A stretch of 64,000 nt of DNA from Octopus sinensis (Eukaryota): the NCBI RefSeq assembly GCF_006345805.1, contig NC_042999.1, positions 3,596,001-3,660,000 of the forward strand, read 5' to 3'. The position numbers and the translations under genes were made by a program. The notes beneath the pieces were generated by a model, which was not told the origin of the DNA, ran no database searches, and saw nothing but the letters and a program-made list of their open reading frames with translations. Below are positions 1 through 12,404 of the stretch, piece by piece (position 1 is the first letter of the stretch; every line of letters starts with the position of its first letter).

Positions 1-40
1 GGAGAAACAAAATCGCTAACGATACACACGCGGTCACAAA

Positions 41-140
41 CTATATATATATGTATATATATATGTATGCATGTATGTATGTATGTATATTATATATATA
101 TATATATATATATAGATAGATAGATAGATATAGATATAAA
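41..140. repeat. Compound microsatellite (TA)n/(TATG)n/(TAGA)n
   Basis: Simple repeat visible directly. Confidence 0.95.
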
Positions 141-401
141 TATATTGTTCAGTTGTAGGGGCTTGGTTTGTAAGTGACTTAGCAACCTCCCTAGTGCTGG
201 TGCCATGAAAAAAGCACCTCTGTAAAGTAGTTGGCATTAGAAAGAACATCCAGTTGTAGAAACCATATCATAGCAGATACTGGAGCTCGATACAGACCTT
301 CAGTTTGTGATATACTGCCAGAACATAAAAGCCATGCCAGCATGGAAGATAAACACTAAATAACAATGATGATGATAAGCATCTTTGTGGAGGAGGAAGC
401 A

Positions 402-577
402 CTCCGTCGGTTACGACGACGAGGGTTCCGGTTGATCGGATCAAATCAACAGAACAGCCTGCTCATGAAATTAATGTGTAAGTGGCTGAACACTCCACAG
501 ACACATGTACCCTTAACGTAGTTCTCGGAGATATTCAGCGTGACACAGAGAGTGACAAAGCCGGCCCTTTGAAATAC
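402..577 (-). mobile_element. SINE family C, 3' portion
   Basis: Matches the 3' half of the full copy at 6013-6332. Confidence 0.8.
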
Positions 578-866
578 AGAAGAGAAAGCAGGTCAACCCC
601 CGACACCGAGAGCATCGACGGATGAATGAATGCGCATCCAGGCTCAGCGGTTGCGTAGGAAGTCAGGGACAAGAAACAGGAAGAAAGAGTGAGAGAAAGT
701 TGTAGTGAAAGAGTACAGCAGGGATCACCACCATCCCTGCCGGAGCCTCGTGGCGCTTTAGGTGTTTTCGCTCAATAAACACTCACAATGCCCGGTCTGG
801 GAATCGAAACCGCGATCCTAAGACCGCGAGTCCGCTGCCCTAACCACTGGGCCATTGCGCCTCCAC
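578..866 (-). mobile_element. tRNA-derived SINE family A (3'-truncated)
   Basis: Reverse complement of the copy at 2889-3280; A-box and B-box-like head. Confidence 0.85.
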
Positions 867-1357
867 GCATCTTTGTATCATAATATAAATAGATATTCTT
901 GCTATATGAGCTGAAGTTTTATCTGTACAAGCATTAGGACTGAGTGCTCTGAATTCACTGAATGGCTTTTCTGTTCTCTTCTTATGTTCATTAAAATTCT
1001 AGTTTAATTCATAATTACCCATGATGTGTTTCTATGCATATATTATATAGATGCTGTTAATATGTGCACTCAGTTTCTGAATAGATTTCCAGCAAATATT
1101 CTTAGTCAATCTCCCAAAAGGCTACAATCGGAATGTAGCAGACTTCAACCTGCAATATTTTAAACAAAACTAAATAATTCAAGAATTTTCACTTACAGAC
1201 ACTTTCTGAATGGAAAATAGCCGGTAGGTATGCTAATGGTAACATACTTTATGCCAGAAACATAAGAAAAAAAAAAGCTAAATGCCATGTCAATCTTTGT
1301 TCTCTTGCTCTCCGTGTGTGTATATACAATGTATGCACGTGTATGTGTGTATACATT

Positions 1358-1779
1358 CTTTAATTTGTTTCAGTCATTTGACTGCGGCCATGCTGGAGCA
1401 GGGCCTTTAGTCGAGCAAATCGACCCCAGAACTTATTCTCTGTAAGCCTAGCACTTATTCTATCGGTGTCTCTTTCACCAAACCGCTAAGTTACAGGGAC
1501 GTAAACACACCGGCATCAGTTTTAAGTGATGTTGGGGGGTATAAACACAGACACACAAAAATATACACTAGCATGGAAAACGGACGTTAAATGATGATGA
1601 TGGTATATATATATATATACAATGGGCTTCTTTCAGTTTCCATCTGCCAAATCCGCTCACAAGGCTTTGGTCGGCCTGAGGCTATAGTTGAAGACACTTG
1701 CCCAAGGTGTCACACAGTGGGATTGAACCCGGAACAATGTGCTTGGTAAGCAAGCTACTTACCACACAGCCACTCCTGC

Positions 1780-1782
<3 letters not shown>
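1358..1782 (-). mobile_element. tRNA-derived SINE family B (CORE-like central motif CCTTGGGCAAGT)
   Basis: Reverse complement of the full copy at 34217-34630. Confidence 0.85.
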
Positions 1783-1851
<69 letters not shown>

Positions 1852-1915
1852 TATATATATGTATGTATAAATATATATGTAAGTATGTATATATATATAT
1901 TTTTTGTACTCCACC

Positions 1916-2130
1916 TGCTTTTATACTCTTTTACTCTTTTACTTGTTTCAGTCATTTGACTGCGACCATGCTAGAGCACTGCCTTTAGTCGAGCAAATCG
2001 ACCCCGGGACTTATTCTTTGTAAGCCCAGTACTTATTCTATCGGTTTCCTTTGCCAAACCGCTATGTGACGGGGATGTAAATACACCAGCATCGGTTGTC
2101 AAGCAATGCTAGGGGGACAAACACAGACAC
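1916..2130 (-). mobile_element. SINE family B, 3' half
   Basis: Matches the family B 3' region. Confidence 0.8.
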
Positions 2131-2888
2131 ACATTGTTTATTTTCGTAAACTTTCCCTTTATATATATATATATGTATGTATGTATATATGTGCCACATT
2201 GATAGTATTGAAAATGCACTGTGTACATGCTGCAAAGTGGTTGGTGTTAGAAAAGGTATCCAACCATATAAACAATGCCAAACTAATCAAAACTATACTA
2301 GCATGGAACATGAACAATAAATGACAATAACAATGAAGTGTGTGTGTGTGTGTGTGTGTTTGTGTGTGTGTGTTCCATAATCCCTTTCATGCCAACCAAT
2401 CTGACACTGCCCCTGGCTCTATGGCACAAATTTCCTATTTTAAAGTGATTTAAATTAAAATCTAACATCACAACTTCCAGTTAATTTATGTTCCACTCAC
2501 CAGTTTAATAATTACAGTTGCTTCATTAAATTCTTCATTATTTTTGAAACTAATACAAACAAAGGCAGTGTATTTCAACAGGAATATGGTAAAAAAACAA
2601 GCGAAGGTGGGGGCTAAATACATTTACCCTAAATTAAATATTCAACCGTTTTCACCTAAGAGCAATTTATTTCTTGAATATGTTTACCAATTTATGCTTT
2701 CATACACAACACTGTAAAATGGTGAAACCTCCCTCAAGTCACATTCTACTATTTCACAGAAAGGAAAACACACGTTGATCTATGCAGTTTTCAAAATACA
2801 AAGAGACAACATCGATACAACAAGAATGTTTTTCATTATAAATCTGTTCAATGAGAGCTGGCATGGGAGCTAAAGAATAGCAGCAGTA

Positions 2889-3280
2889 GGAGGCGCAATG
2901 GCCCAGTGGTTAGGGCAGCGGACTCGTGGTCGGAAGATCGCGGTTTCGATTCCCAGACCGGGCGTTGTGTGTGTTTATTGAGCGAAAACACCTAAAGCTC
3001 CACAAGACTCTGGCAGGGGGTGGTGGCGATCCCTGTTGTACTCTTTCGCTCCAACTTTCTCTCACTCTTTCTTCCTGTTTCTTGTCCCCGACTTCCTACG
3101 CAACCGCTGAGCCTGGATGCACATTCATCCATCTGTCGATGCTCTCAGTGTCGGGGGTTGACCTGCTTTCTCTTCTGCGGGTCTTACAAATAGCAAAGGA
3201 CCACATTTCAGACTTCTCCCACTACAGAGGCGAAATCTTGCGAGCTCTGGGACAAAGACCGCTTCGCTCAACAAACAAAC
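2889..3280 (+). mobile_element. Full-length tRNA-derived SINE family A with 10-bp TSD
   Basis: A box TGGCCCAGTGG, B-box-like GGTTTCGATTCCC; AGCAGCAGTA at 2879-2888 and 3281-3290. Confidence 0.9.
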
Positions 3281-3514
3281 AGCAGCAGTAAAACCATACC
3301 AACACTACAAGATTAATAGCAATATCTGTCAAGTTTTGATAACTGAGTTACAGATATCTTCAAGTGTTTGGCTTACTATCCCAAACATTGGTATTAGCAC
3401 AGGCACTGCAAAAGCATTACGTGACATGTTCGTATTGAATGCACACAGCACTGACTTTCATACCATCTGAAGTCAGCAAAAGTATTCCTTTCTCGATCTT
3501 GTATTATTCACACC

Positions 3515-3782
3515 CCCTGACTGGCCCCTGTGCTGGTGGCACGTAAAAAGCACTATCCAAATGTGATTGATGCCAGGCCCACCTGACTGGCTCCTGTGCC
3601 AGTGGCACGTAAAAAGCACCCACTACATTCTCAGAGTAGCTGGTATTAGGAAGGGCACCAAGCTGTAAAAATATTGCCAGATGAGATTGGAGCCTGGTGC
3701 AGCCGCTGGCTCACTAGTCCCCAGTCAAACCGTCCAACCCATGCCAGCATGGAAAGCAGACATTAAACAATGATGATGATGA
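3515..3782 (+). mobile_element. 5'-truncated RTE LINE 3' UTR-type repeat with (GAT)n tail
   Basis: Matches the 3' end of the LINE at 54432-55351. Confidence 0.8.
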
Positions 3783-4202
3783 CCACTATGTGTAACATTC
3801 TAGTAAATTCTGAGATGTTTGATGTTTGTATGTACGTATATGTAATTACAAAACACATACATATATATCATCAATTACTTTTTAACATTCATCTTTCATA
3901 CTGAAATAATGGACTCTCCCATTGTTAAACAATGTATAAGGATTCGACAATTTCTTACCAAACAACCACAAAGATGATTTGTTTATACTGATCAAACGTT
4001 TTCTTAGACATAAGCTCACTCCCTCCCTCAAATCGACATTACCTGTACAGGTGCAACAGGTGGGTGCCACATGTCACAAGTCAAAATGATTGCAGAGCAG
4101 CATGAAGTGAAGTGCTTTGTTCAAGAACACAATGCAACGCCTGGTCTGAGAATCAAACCCATGATCTCCCAATCATGAGTGCAACACCCTAACCACTAAG
4201 CC

Positions 4203-4773
4203 ATGTTCTTCCTAGAGGTAAGACAAATTTTTTTCATGTTTGTTGCACACACACATCTTTGCTAGTATATATGCAGTGAAGCTATACAATAGCGTCGTAT
4301 TTATTTTCCAGTAAATATCGGTACTTCGTTGTACCACTTATTTACTTTTATACGTATAATATTACCCTTACGGGCTATCTTTTACTGGAAAGCAATACTT
4401 TCGTATTGCATTACTATTTTCATTGAAACTTCTTCACTGTTCTCGTTCTGTTAACATTTTGGCATTCAGACGAGTGTACTGGCATAGATGTGGCAACATT
4501 TGAAATTTTGTCTAGGTATATGCAGCTGATGAGGACAAATCAAATCTACGTCGTCAAACGTATTTGAAGAGTCTGAAATCAGTCCTGCATTATCCGTTTC
4601 TAGGTTTTTCATTTTTCAGATGTTCTTCCTAGAGGTAAGACAAATTTTTTTCATGTTTGTTGCACACACACGTCTTTGCTAGTAAATACGCAGTGAAGCT
4701 ATACAATAGTGTCGTATTTATTATGATCGCTATTTTCCAGTAAATATCGGTACTTCATTGTACCATTTATTTA

Positions 4774-4781
<8 letters not shown>
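4203..4781 (+). mobile_element. Hammerhead-bearing partial-tandem repeat (period ~417 nt), Penelope pseudo-LTR (pLTR)/retrozyme-like
   Basis: Direct repeat 4203-4352 / 4620-4781 flanking an HHR motif. Confidence 0.7.
4520..4590 (+). ncRNA. Type I hammerhead ribozyme motif (degenerate)
   Basis: Stem I ATGCAG/CTGCAT; core CTGATGA 4526-4532; long stem II GGAC...GTCT; GAAA 4575-4578; TCAG; GTC triplet 4582-4584. Confidence 0.75.
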
Positions 4782-4805
<24 letters not shown>

Positions 4806-5182
4806 CTCTTTTACTTGTTTCAGTCATTTGACTGTGGCCATGCTGGAGTACCACCTTTTAGTCGAACAAATCGACCCCAGGACTTATACTTTGTAAGCCT
4901 AGTACCCGCTAAGTTACGGGGATGTAAGCACACCAGCATCAGTTGTCAAGCGATGTTGCGGGGGGACAAATAGACACATAAACATATGCACACACACATA
5001 CACATATATATATACATATATACAACGGGCTTCTTTCAGTTTCCGTCTACCATATCCACTCACAAGGCTTTGGTCAGTCTGAGACTAAAGCAGAAGACAC
5101 TTGCCCAAGGTGCCACGCAGTGGGACTGAACTCGGAACCATGTGGTTCATAATCAAGCTACTTAACACAGCCACTCCTACAC
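4806..5182 (-). mobile_element. SINE family B
   Basis: Matches family B. Confidence 0.85.
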
Positions 5183-5244
5183 CTATCATCATCATCATCA
5201 TCATCATTTAGCGTCCGTTCTCCATGCTAGCATGGGTTCTGCAC

Positions 5245-5465
5245 ATATATTTCTTTATTACCCACAAGGGGCTAAACACAGAGGGGACAAACAAGGACAG
5301 ATAAACGGATTAAGTCGATTATATTGACTCCAGTGCGCAACTGGCACTTAATTTATCGACCCCGGAAGGATGAAAGGCAAAGTCAACCTCGGCGAAATTT
5401 GAACGCAGAACGTAAAGCCAGACGAAATACGGCTACGCATTTCTCCCGACGTGCTAACGTTTCAT
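5245..5465 (-). mobile_element. SINE family D (Deu/Nin-like domain)
   Basis: Reverse complement of GAGGTTGACTTTGCCTTTCATCCTTCCGGGGTCGATAAATTAAGT motif. Confidence 0.8.
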
Positions 5466-6012
5466 AGGCACATATACGCGAGTTCATGTGAGCATGCGTA
5501 TATATGCATTAGTTTATACATGTGTAAGAGGGAAGAACAGAAATAGATAAAGAGAAGACAAAAGTCAGACTACGAAATAAGCATATGTATTTGTGTATAT
5601 GCACAGGTTTATGCATACAAACGTAAGCACACACACATATAATTAATTTCATCATGATGTATTATTTAAATGAAAATGTACTTTAAAGAAAACAGAAAAG
5701 AAAGAGAATGAAATTTGGTGAAAAGCTATTTGATGAGGATTAAAGTAAATTAAAGACTGTGTTGACGTAAAAGTACATTACAATTAAATAACCATCAAGA
5801 TGCTCGGAAGAATTATCTCTGTTACTTAGAAAAGAGGAGTTTACAAAAACACATGCACATACACAAAATATGTATTTGCATAGTGTGTGTGTTTAATCCT
5901 AATCATGCCACATGATAAACACACTGCTCTATGTTTAAGATATATTAAAATGATTTAATGATTTTGTTATGACTGATTGATAATACAAGTTTGTTTTTTT
6001 TTGTTTTTTTTC

Positions 6013-6332
6013 ACTCCGTCGGTTACAACGACGTGGGTTCCAGCTGATACGATCAATGGAACAGCTTGCTCATGAAATTAACGTGCGAGTGGCTGAGCAC
6101 TCCACAGACACGTGTGTCCTTAATGTAATTCTCAGGGAGATTCAGCATGACACAGTGTGTGACAAGGCTGGCCCTTTGAAATACAGGCACTACTCATTGT
6201 TGCCAGCTGAGTGAACTGGAACAACATGAAATAAAGTGTCTTGCACAAGGACACAACACGTCGCCGAGAATTGAACTTACGACCTTACGGTCGTGAGCCG
6301 AATGCCCTAACCACTGAGCCACGCGCCTTCAC
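6013..6332 (-). mobile_element. Full tRNA-derived SINE family C
   Basis: Head GGCGCGTGGCTCAGTGGTTAGGG...AGTTCAATTCTC followed by GTGTCCTTGTGCAAGACAC. Confidence 0.85.
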
Positions 6333-7134
6333 GATAATACAAGTAAACACTCACTACAGTATATAAACATTTTTCTTTCACTTATTCATTGTGCGTATAC
6401 ACACACACACACACACGCACATGCATATTGTTATCATCATCATTTAGCATTCGTGTACCATGTTGGCGCAAGGGTCAGATGGTTCGACAGGATCTGATGG
6501 TCACAAGGTCTGCAGCATGCTCCAATGTTTACTTCAGATTGGATTCCATGGCTGGATGCCCTTCCTGACACCAACCATTTTGCAACATGTGCTGGGTGCT
6601 TTATTTCCTGCTACGCCACTAGTGAGGTTGCCATGCAGCTCACAAGATGAGGAACCCAGAGGTTGGGTCACATTACATTAGGAGATCAAGAGGTAAAATA
6701 TCGGAGAAGGGAGAAAAGCAGAAGAGGATTTTTGGCAGTAGAAGAACTAGGTGGTTACACAGATTTTAGAACTTAGCTGTTCACCAAAAGAGACACCGAT
6801 AGAATAAGTACTAGACTTACAAAGAATAGGTCCTGGGGTCAATTTGTTCGACTAAAGGCGGTGCTCCAGCATGGCTGCAGTCAACTGAGTAAAAGAATAA
6901 ACAGATACATTTCACACTGCACTTCTATGCTCAATGGGATTTAACAAAAGCCTTGGTAACACGGGTTTAGATAGACTGGTGTGTGGAGTTCATATTATCT
7001 AGAATGGGGGCACAAAAATATAACAGGTATTTATGCTTTATACAATGTACATGTTTCAATGATACACTGCACATCATATTCTGCGTATATTATATAAAGC
7101 TTAAACAGTGGTTACATTTTCTGTATTTCTTGTG

Positions 7135-7991
7135 TGCGTGAGATCTGATCAATAAATATCCGGACTGTTGCCATAGTAAAGAAGCTAAAGCACACAGAGT
7201 GAATCCACTTGGCATAGATTGACCATGAACTCTGTCGTGCATGTGCACTAAGCTCACTTCTGCTGTTTACAGCTGTGCTTGGAAGGAAGGTGTGTAGTGA
7301 GTGATTGTCTCATTTGACGATGACAGAGGAAGTTGTCATGGCGATACTTGCTCAGAGACCTACGCAAAGTTGCAGAAAATGTAAGGAGAGGAGTGTATGA
7401 GTGGCACACAAGTGTATAAGTGGTTCAGACATTTCCAAGATGGGCGAAAAAAATGTCGATATTGATGAGAAAAACATTGCAGATGTGCATGCAACTGTGA
7501 AAAGAAATTGGCAAATCCCCATCCGTGAGTTATAAGAGGATGTGCAGATTAGTTTTGGTTCAGTTCAGTCCATTGTCACTGAAGATTTGGGTATGAGATG
7601 AGTGTTTGCCAAGTTTGTGTCAAAACTGCTTTTAGCTGACCAAGAAAACATTTGGGTTTCAGTTGCACAAGATCTCCTTGATTGTGTCGAGAATGATGAA
7701 AACATTTTGAAAACTTTGTGTAGGCCCCTGAACAGGTATCGCCAAGCTTTTGACAAAATTTGATGTTGATTCTTTGCTCAGCTTTTCTCTGCCAGAGTCA
7801 ATGCGAAGATCTCATGCTATGCACCTTTCTTCCAAGCACTGCTGAAAATAGCAGAAGCAAGCTAGAACTTTAAAACTTAGTGCACATGCACAGCAGAGTT
7901 TAAGCTCAATCAGTGCCAAACAGATTTACTCAGTATGCTTTAGCTTTGGTACTATGCCAACAGTCCGGATACTTATTGATCAGACCATGTA
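7135..7991 (+). mobile_element. Mariner-derived foldback element built from two inverted 5' ends
   Basis: Long inverted arms (~7135-7380 vs ~7715-7991); interior decodes to mariner N-terminus, e.g. VYKWFRHFQDGRK and SIVTEDLGMR*VFAKFVSKLL. Confidence 0.85.
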
Positions 7992-8008
7992 TATATGAAA
8001 AACTAAGT

Positions 8009-8350
8009 AGAGATGGCTTTTGGTGGAGTGGATAATTTTTATTTTAATTTTAATGATAATGTTTACAGTGAGTTACTCTCATATAAGTTTCAAGTAGCCG
8101 TTTTCAAACTGAAAAAATGTGTTTTACTCGCTGCTTGAATAGCAAAACATTTTAAATATCAAAGAATATATAAAAACATATATAAATTTATATATATATA
8201 TTTTTATATATATTTTGCAATTTAAGCAACCAGTAAAACATGCAATTTTCAGTTTGGAAACAGCCACTTGAATCTTGAAACTCATATAGGAGTAAATCAC
8301 TGTAAACATTATTAAGATTAAAATAAAAGTATCCCCCAAAAAGCCATCTC
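8009..8350. repeat. Palindromic foldback/MITE-like element, ~145-bp arms
   Basis: AGATGGCTTTTGG... vs ...CCAAAAAGCCATCT, arms alignable by eye. Confidence 0.75.
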
Positions 8351-9247
8351 AACTCATTTTTCCAAATATTTATACTACTGTACAAAGAACTTTCTTTTTA
8401 TTATTCTATGTATATATATATAAAAATTAGAAATGGAAACCAAAATAATAAATTGAACAATTAAATAATTTAATCATTAAATGATAAATTCAATTCAATT
8501 TTATTGTTTTATACAAACAAATGACATCTAGTAAATTACAGCTGTTTCTACACCATTCATAAAAACAGGTTTTTCAAGAATAATAAAATACTGTTTTAAA
8601 TATAATGAAGTTTCATCAGATAGACATATATTTTTAAATATCTTACAAAAAACAGCAACTGAAAATAACTGCTAACACTTTTCAAAAAATGCTTTTTGAG
8701 AGCGAGTTTAATCACAAATAGATACTCTGCAATTTCGTAAATTCCTAAATTAAAGTCTATTAGTATCTAGTTCTATAATTGATTTTGTTACATAATATAC
8801 ACATTCATATAGACACACATATATATATATACATATATGTACACACACATGTACACCTATCCATTTTTTGTATATATACATTCACATACACATTCATATA
8901 CAGTAGCTTTCTTATTTATCTATATATATATGTAATATATTTACAACATAAACACATAAGTATATATATTTATGGTAAAACATTAAGTTTATACATTAAT
9001 TCAATTCTAAATAAAGGAATTTATAATATAAATCAAACTTACAATTTATACAAGTTATAGTTTAACGTAAATACAGGGGAGATAACTAATTTTCGAATTT
9101 TAGAAACAAAAGGAAAAATGAAACCAGCTCTATACGGACAACGCAAAACAATTTAAAAACACAGAACAAAACCAAAGTAATACAAATACAAACGAAATGT
9201 CCCAAATAAGAACAATGAGCCAAAACAACAAATTAATCAAGATAAAC

Positions 9248-9661
9248 ACAGTAGTTGTACTAGTAAGTAATGTTTGTGGCCACTTGAACATGGCTGTTCC
9301 ATTTGGATAGGCTTTACTGCGATTTTTTAACCGCAAGAGGACATCTCCTCTAGCTGGTTAATGATGCACATCTGCATCTGATATATTGCAGACAGGGGAG
9401 CGAACCCCTACAACCTTCCAGCAATGGGACCAGTAGACCAGCCTGGTTTAGGGCTATTTCTGCCTCTCTTCAGTACTGGACACCTCATTTGCTAGAGATG
9501 GCAGTAGCTCACCTCTCCTCGCAATGCATATGAATTCAAATGACACACAGTCACTGACCTTGCAACAAACAGAAAAGCTAGTTCTAAAATCTCTCTACGA
9601 CATGAATACAGTAACTGTACTAGCAAGTAATGGTCATAACCACTTCAACATGGCTGTCCCA
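9248..9661 (-). mobile_element. Hammerhead-bearing partial-tandem repeat, period 360 nt
   Basis: Direct repeat 9248-9301 / 9608-9661 flanking the HHR motif at 9430-9479. Confidence 0.7.
9430..9479 (-). ncRNA. Type I hammerhead ribozyme motif (G12U, degenerate)
   Basis: CCAGTA CTGAAGA GAGGC-AGAAATA-GCCC TAAA CCAG-G-CTGG TC TACTGG; perfect stems I and III. Confidence 0.75.
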
Positions 9662-10565
9662 CACTCACATATGATGGGCTTCTTTCAACTACCAAAACCA
9701 CTCACAAGGTTGTGATTGGCTGGGGCTTCACTAGAAGGCACTTACCTTAGGTGCAACACAGAGGAACTGAACCTGACACCATGTAGTTGTAAAGCAAAAT
9801 TCCTATCACATACCTTAAAGCACAAGAGTGACTTTGTGACTAAGCAGATTGCTTCCCAACTACATGGCTTTTTGTTCAGTCCCACTGAACAGTACCCTAT
9901 AGAAGTGTCTTTTACTATAGGCCAAGGCCAACCAAAGCTTTGTGAGTGGATTTGGTAGATGGAAACTGAAAGAAGCCTGTCATATGAGGGTGTGAGTGCA
10001 TGGGGGTGTTTCCTTGTTCTGAGATCAAAAGGTACCATGTAAGCAAATATGACAGCAAGTGTTGACATCACAGGATAGTCATACAACTACTGTCATTCGT
10101 TTTCAGTCTACTCACAAAAAGTTCTCCAGCCAAATGGAAATATTACCTTACTTAGAAACCAGTGACGCTTGGTGACAAGAAAGGCATCTGGCCCTAGAAA
10201 ATGCCTCAATGAATTTCTTTTGATCCATACAAGCATAGAAAAGTGAACATTACGACAATGAAGGTGAAATATGTGTGTGTGTGTGTGCATATGCATGCAT
10301 ACGTTTAAACCTTACTTGTCATTGTAGTTTTGTAGCATGAAGTAAATCAGGCCTTGCTGTCCGCTCAAGAAAATGCATAGTAAATAATCCACAAGCACTC
10401 AAGCAAACTGAGTCTTCAAATTGTTCCATTTGCCAAAAGATTTGCAACAAGGCACCAGCAGACCTCAAGAGACACATTCATGTCCCCGTAGAACATGATT
10501 AATGCTTTAATCTGTCACATATATATATCAAATGTAAATAAGTAACAAGGATGTCCAGGTATCAA

Positions 10566-10652
10566 TACATTATGGCTGTTTTGAACAGCTCCATTTAATT
10601 GATCAATGAAAACATGAAATCAATTTGAAAGAAACTGCTCTCCTCAGAAGTA
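10566..10652 (-). ncRNA. Type I hammerhead motif with long stem II (G12A)
   Basis: Stem I TACTT/ATGTA, CTGAGGA, 10-bp stem II GAGCAGTTTC/GGAGCTGTTC, AAAA, CAGCCA, TA. Confidence 0.6.
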
Positions 10653-11182
10653 GATAATCATATAAAGTTCCAGCATAAAGGATAAACAATTTTTAACAAA
10701 TTTATATCAATACTAGAAATGAAGATAATTACAATGTTTCCTTATGTTATATTTGTGGCAGAATGAGTTGAGAAAGCAAATGTATATCTTATAAAGCCTA
10801 CTATAATTTAGAGAGTAGCAGAGAAAAATGATGAGGGTCAAGATATAAGAGTGGTGAGATAGTTATTTATATTTAGAAGGTTTTATGCAGCATGAAGTCT
10901 ACAACCATTTAGAATTAAATCCATTGAGACCTGTCAACTGTGTTTTAGTTGATGGTGATAAATCAATTAATGTCAGACAATCTCATAAACCCTTATTTTT
11001 ACTGGAACCATACATCTAGCTTTATCTACGTAAAAGGATATGTCTCTTTTCTAAATTCATTCTGCCACAAATATAACATAATGAAACAATATAAGTAACT
11101 TATTTTCTAGTATTGATATAAATTTGTTAAGAATGGTTTATCCTTTATGTTGGTTTATGTTGGTTTATCCTTTATGGTCATC

Positions 11183-11267
11183 TACGCCTGAGGAGAGCAG
11201 TTTCTTTCAAATTGATGTAATATTTTCATTGATCAATTAAATGGAGCCACTCGAAACGGCCGTAATG
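11183..11267 (+). ncRNA. Type I hammerhead motif with long stem II (core intact, stem I damaged)
   Basis: CTGAGGA 11188-11194, GAG...CTC, GAAA 11253-11256, palindrome CGGCCG, GTA triplet. Confidence 0.6.
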
Positions 11268-11389
11268 GACACCCTTGTTACTTATTTTACTTATTTACAT
11301 TCTGTTCACCTAACTTGGTGCTGTGCAGACCATACCGAACTGGCTTGGTACCTCAATTTAAGTATCTAATTCAACTGAATCTTAATTAC

Positions 11390-11425
<36 letters not shown>

Positions 11426-12404
11426 GCATAGGTAAACAGATAGATAGATAGATATGTGTATGTGTGTGTATAGGGATGGTGCTATAATTAAATGTACCCC
11501 ATTCAATTTGTTAAACGGGAGGCTGTGAGGATCCTTTAATCTTGTCAAAGACATGACAATTCCAAAGCGATGGTGCCATGTAAAAACAAAATGCACCCAG
11601 CACACTAGCAAACTCTGGCATGTGTTTGGTGCTAGAAAGAGTATCCAGACATAGAAATCAAGTCAGGAATGAAGCTTCCAAGAGAGATGTGATCCTGTAC
11701 AACCCATGTGATGCTGGAAAGCAGCAGCAAAATGATGATGATAGTGATAATGGAGGAAGGACATTATTTTTAGAACATCCAATAAAATACAGTGCACTAT
11801 TTCTTTCCACTCTGTGTTCTGAGTTCAAGTCACACTATGTTCGACATTGCCTTTCCTCTTTCCCGAGAGCATAAAACCAAGTACCAGTCAGACACTGGGG
11901 CTAATATAATCAACTATTCCTCTCCCCAAGATTTCAGGCCTGCATAGATTTGTTAGAAATAATCATGTATCAATTTAAACAAACTGAAACATATTTTGAT
12001 ATGAATCTGGTCGGAAAAGATTTAATCTCATAACACAGGTTATAATCATTGATTGCGATAAATACTTGAATTATTCTTCATAATCTCAATTCAATAGAAC
12101 TTCATAGAAGTGACAGTAAACAGCAATGTCACCGTCAATATATGAAAATTAATTTCGTTATGCAAGTCAGTGTTGTCTATGTCTGCAGTTCCTGTGATAA
12201 CTTTGTTCATATAGTAATGGACTTTCATACAGCAATTAATATAGCAAATTGCGTTTGGCAAGAAGCAATGTATATGAAGGAAAGAAATATTAAGCCACCA
12301 AGTTCATGACACCAGGTATCCGGGTACCAAAATGTGAGCGAGTCATTATGTGTGTGAGTGTGTGTGCACACACATGCATGCATGTGTGTGTGTGTGTGTG
12401 TGTG

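Larger units (their letters stand above)
10531..11300. mobile_element. Tail-out inverted pair of hammerhead-bearing repeats (~270-bp arms)
   Basis: 10531-~10800 is the inverted homolog of ~11030-11300; each arm has CTGAGGA...(G/A)AAA-C(G/A)GCC(G/A)-TA. Confidence 0.75.

Noticed and set aside
2889-2965. tRNA gene
   Set aside because: It has A/B boxes but no closed acceptor stem, continues into a SINE body and is TSD-flanked; the same applies to the other SINE heads
8540-8605. Minus-strand CTGATGA...GAAA
   Set aside because: Stems I and II do not pair; a chance match in AT-rich DNA
9460-9575. Putative minus-strand terminal exon VSDCVSFEFICIARRGELLPSLANEVSSTEERQK
   Set aside because: It lies inside the 360-nt HHR monomer and overlaps the ribozyme; no recognisable homology
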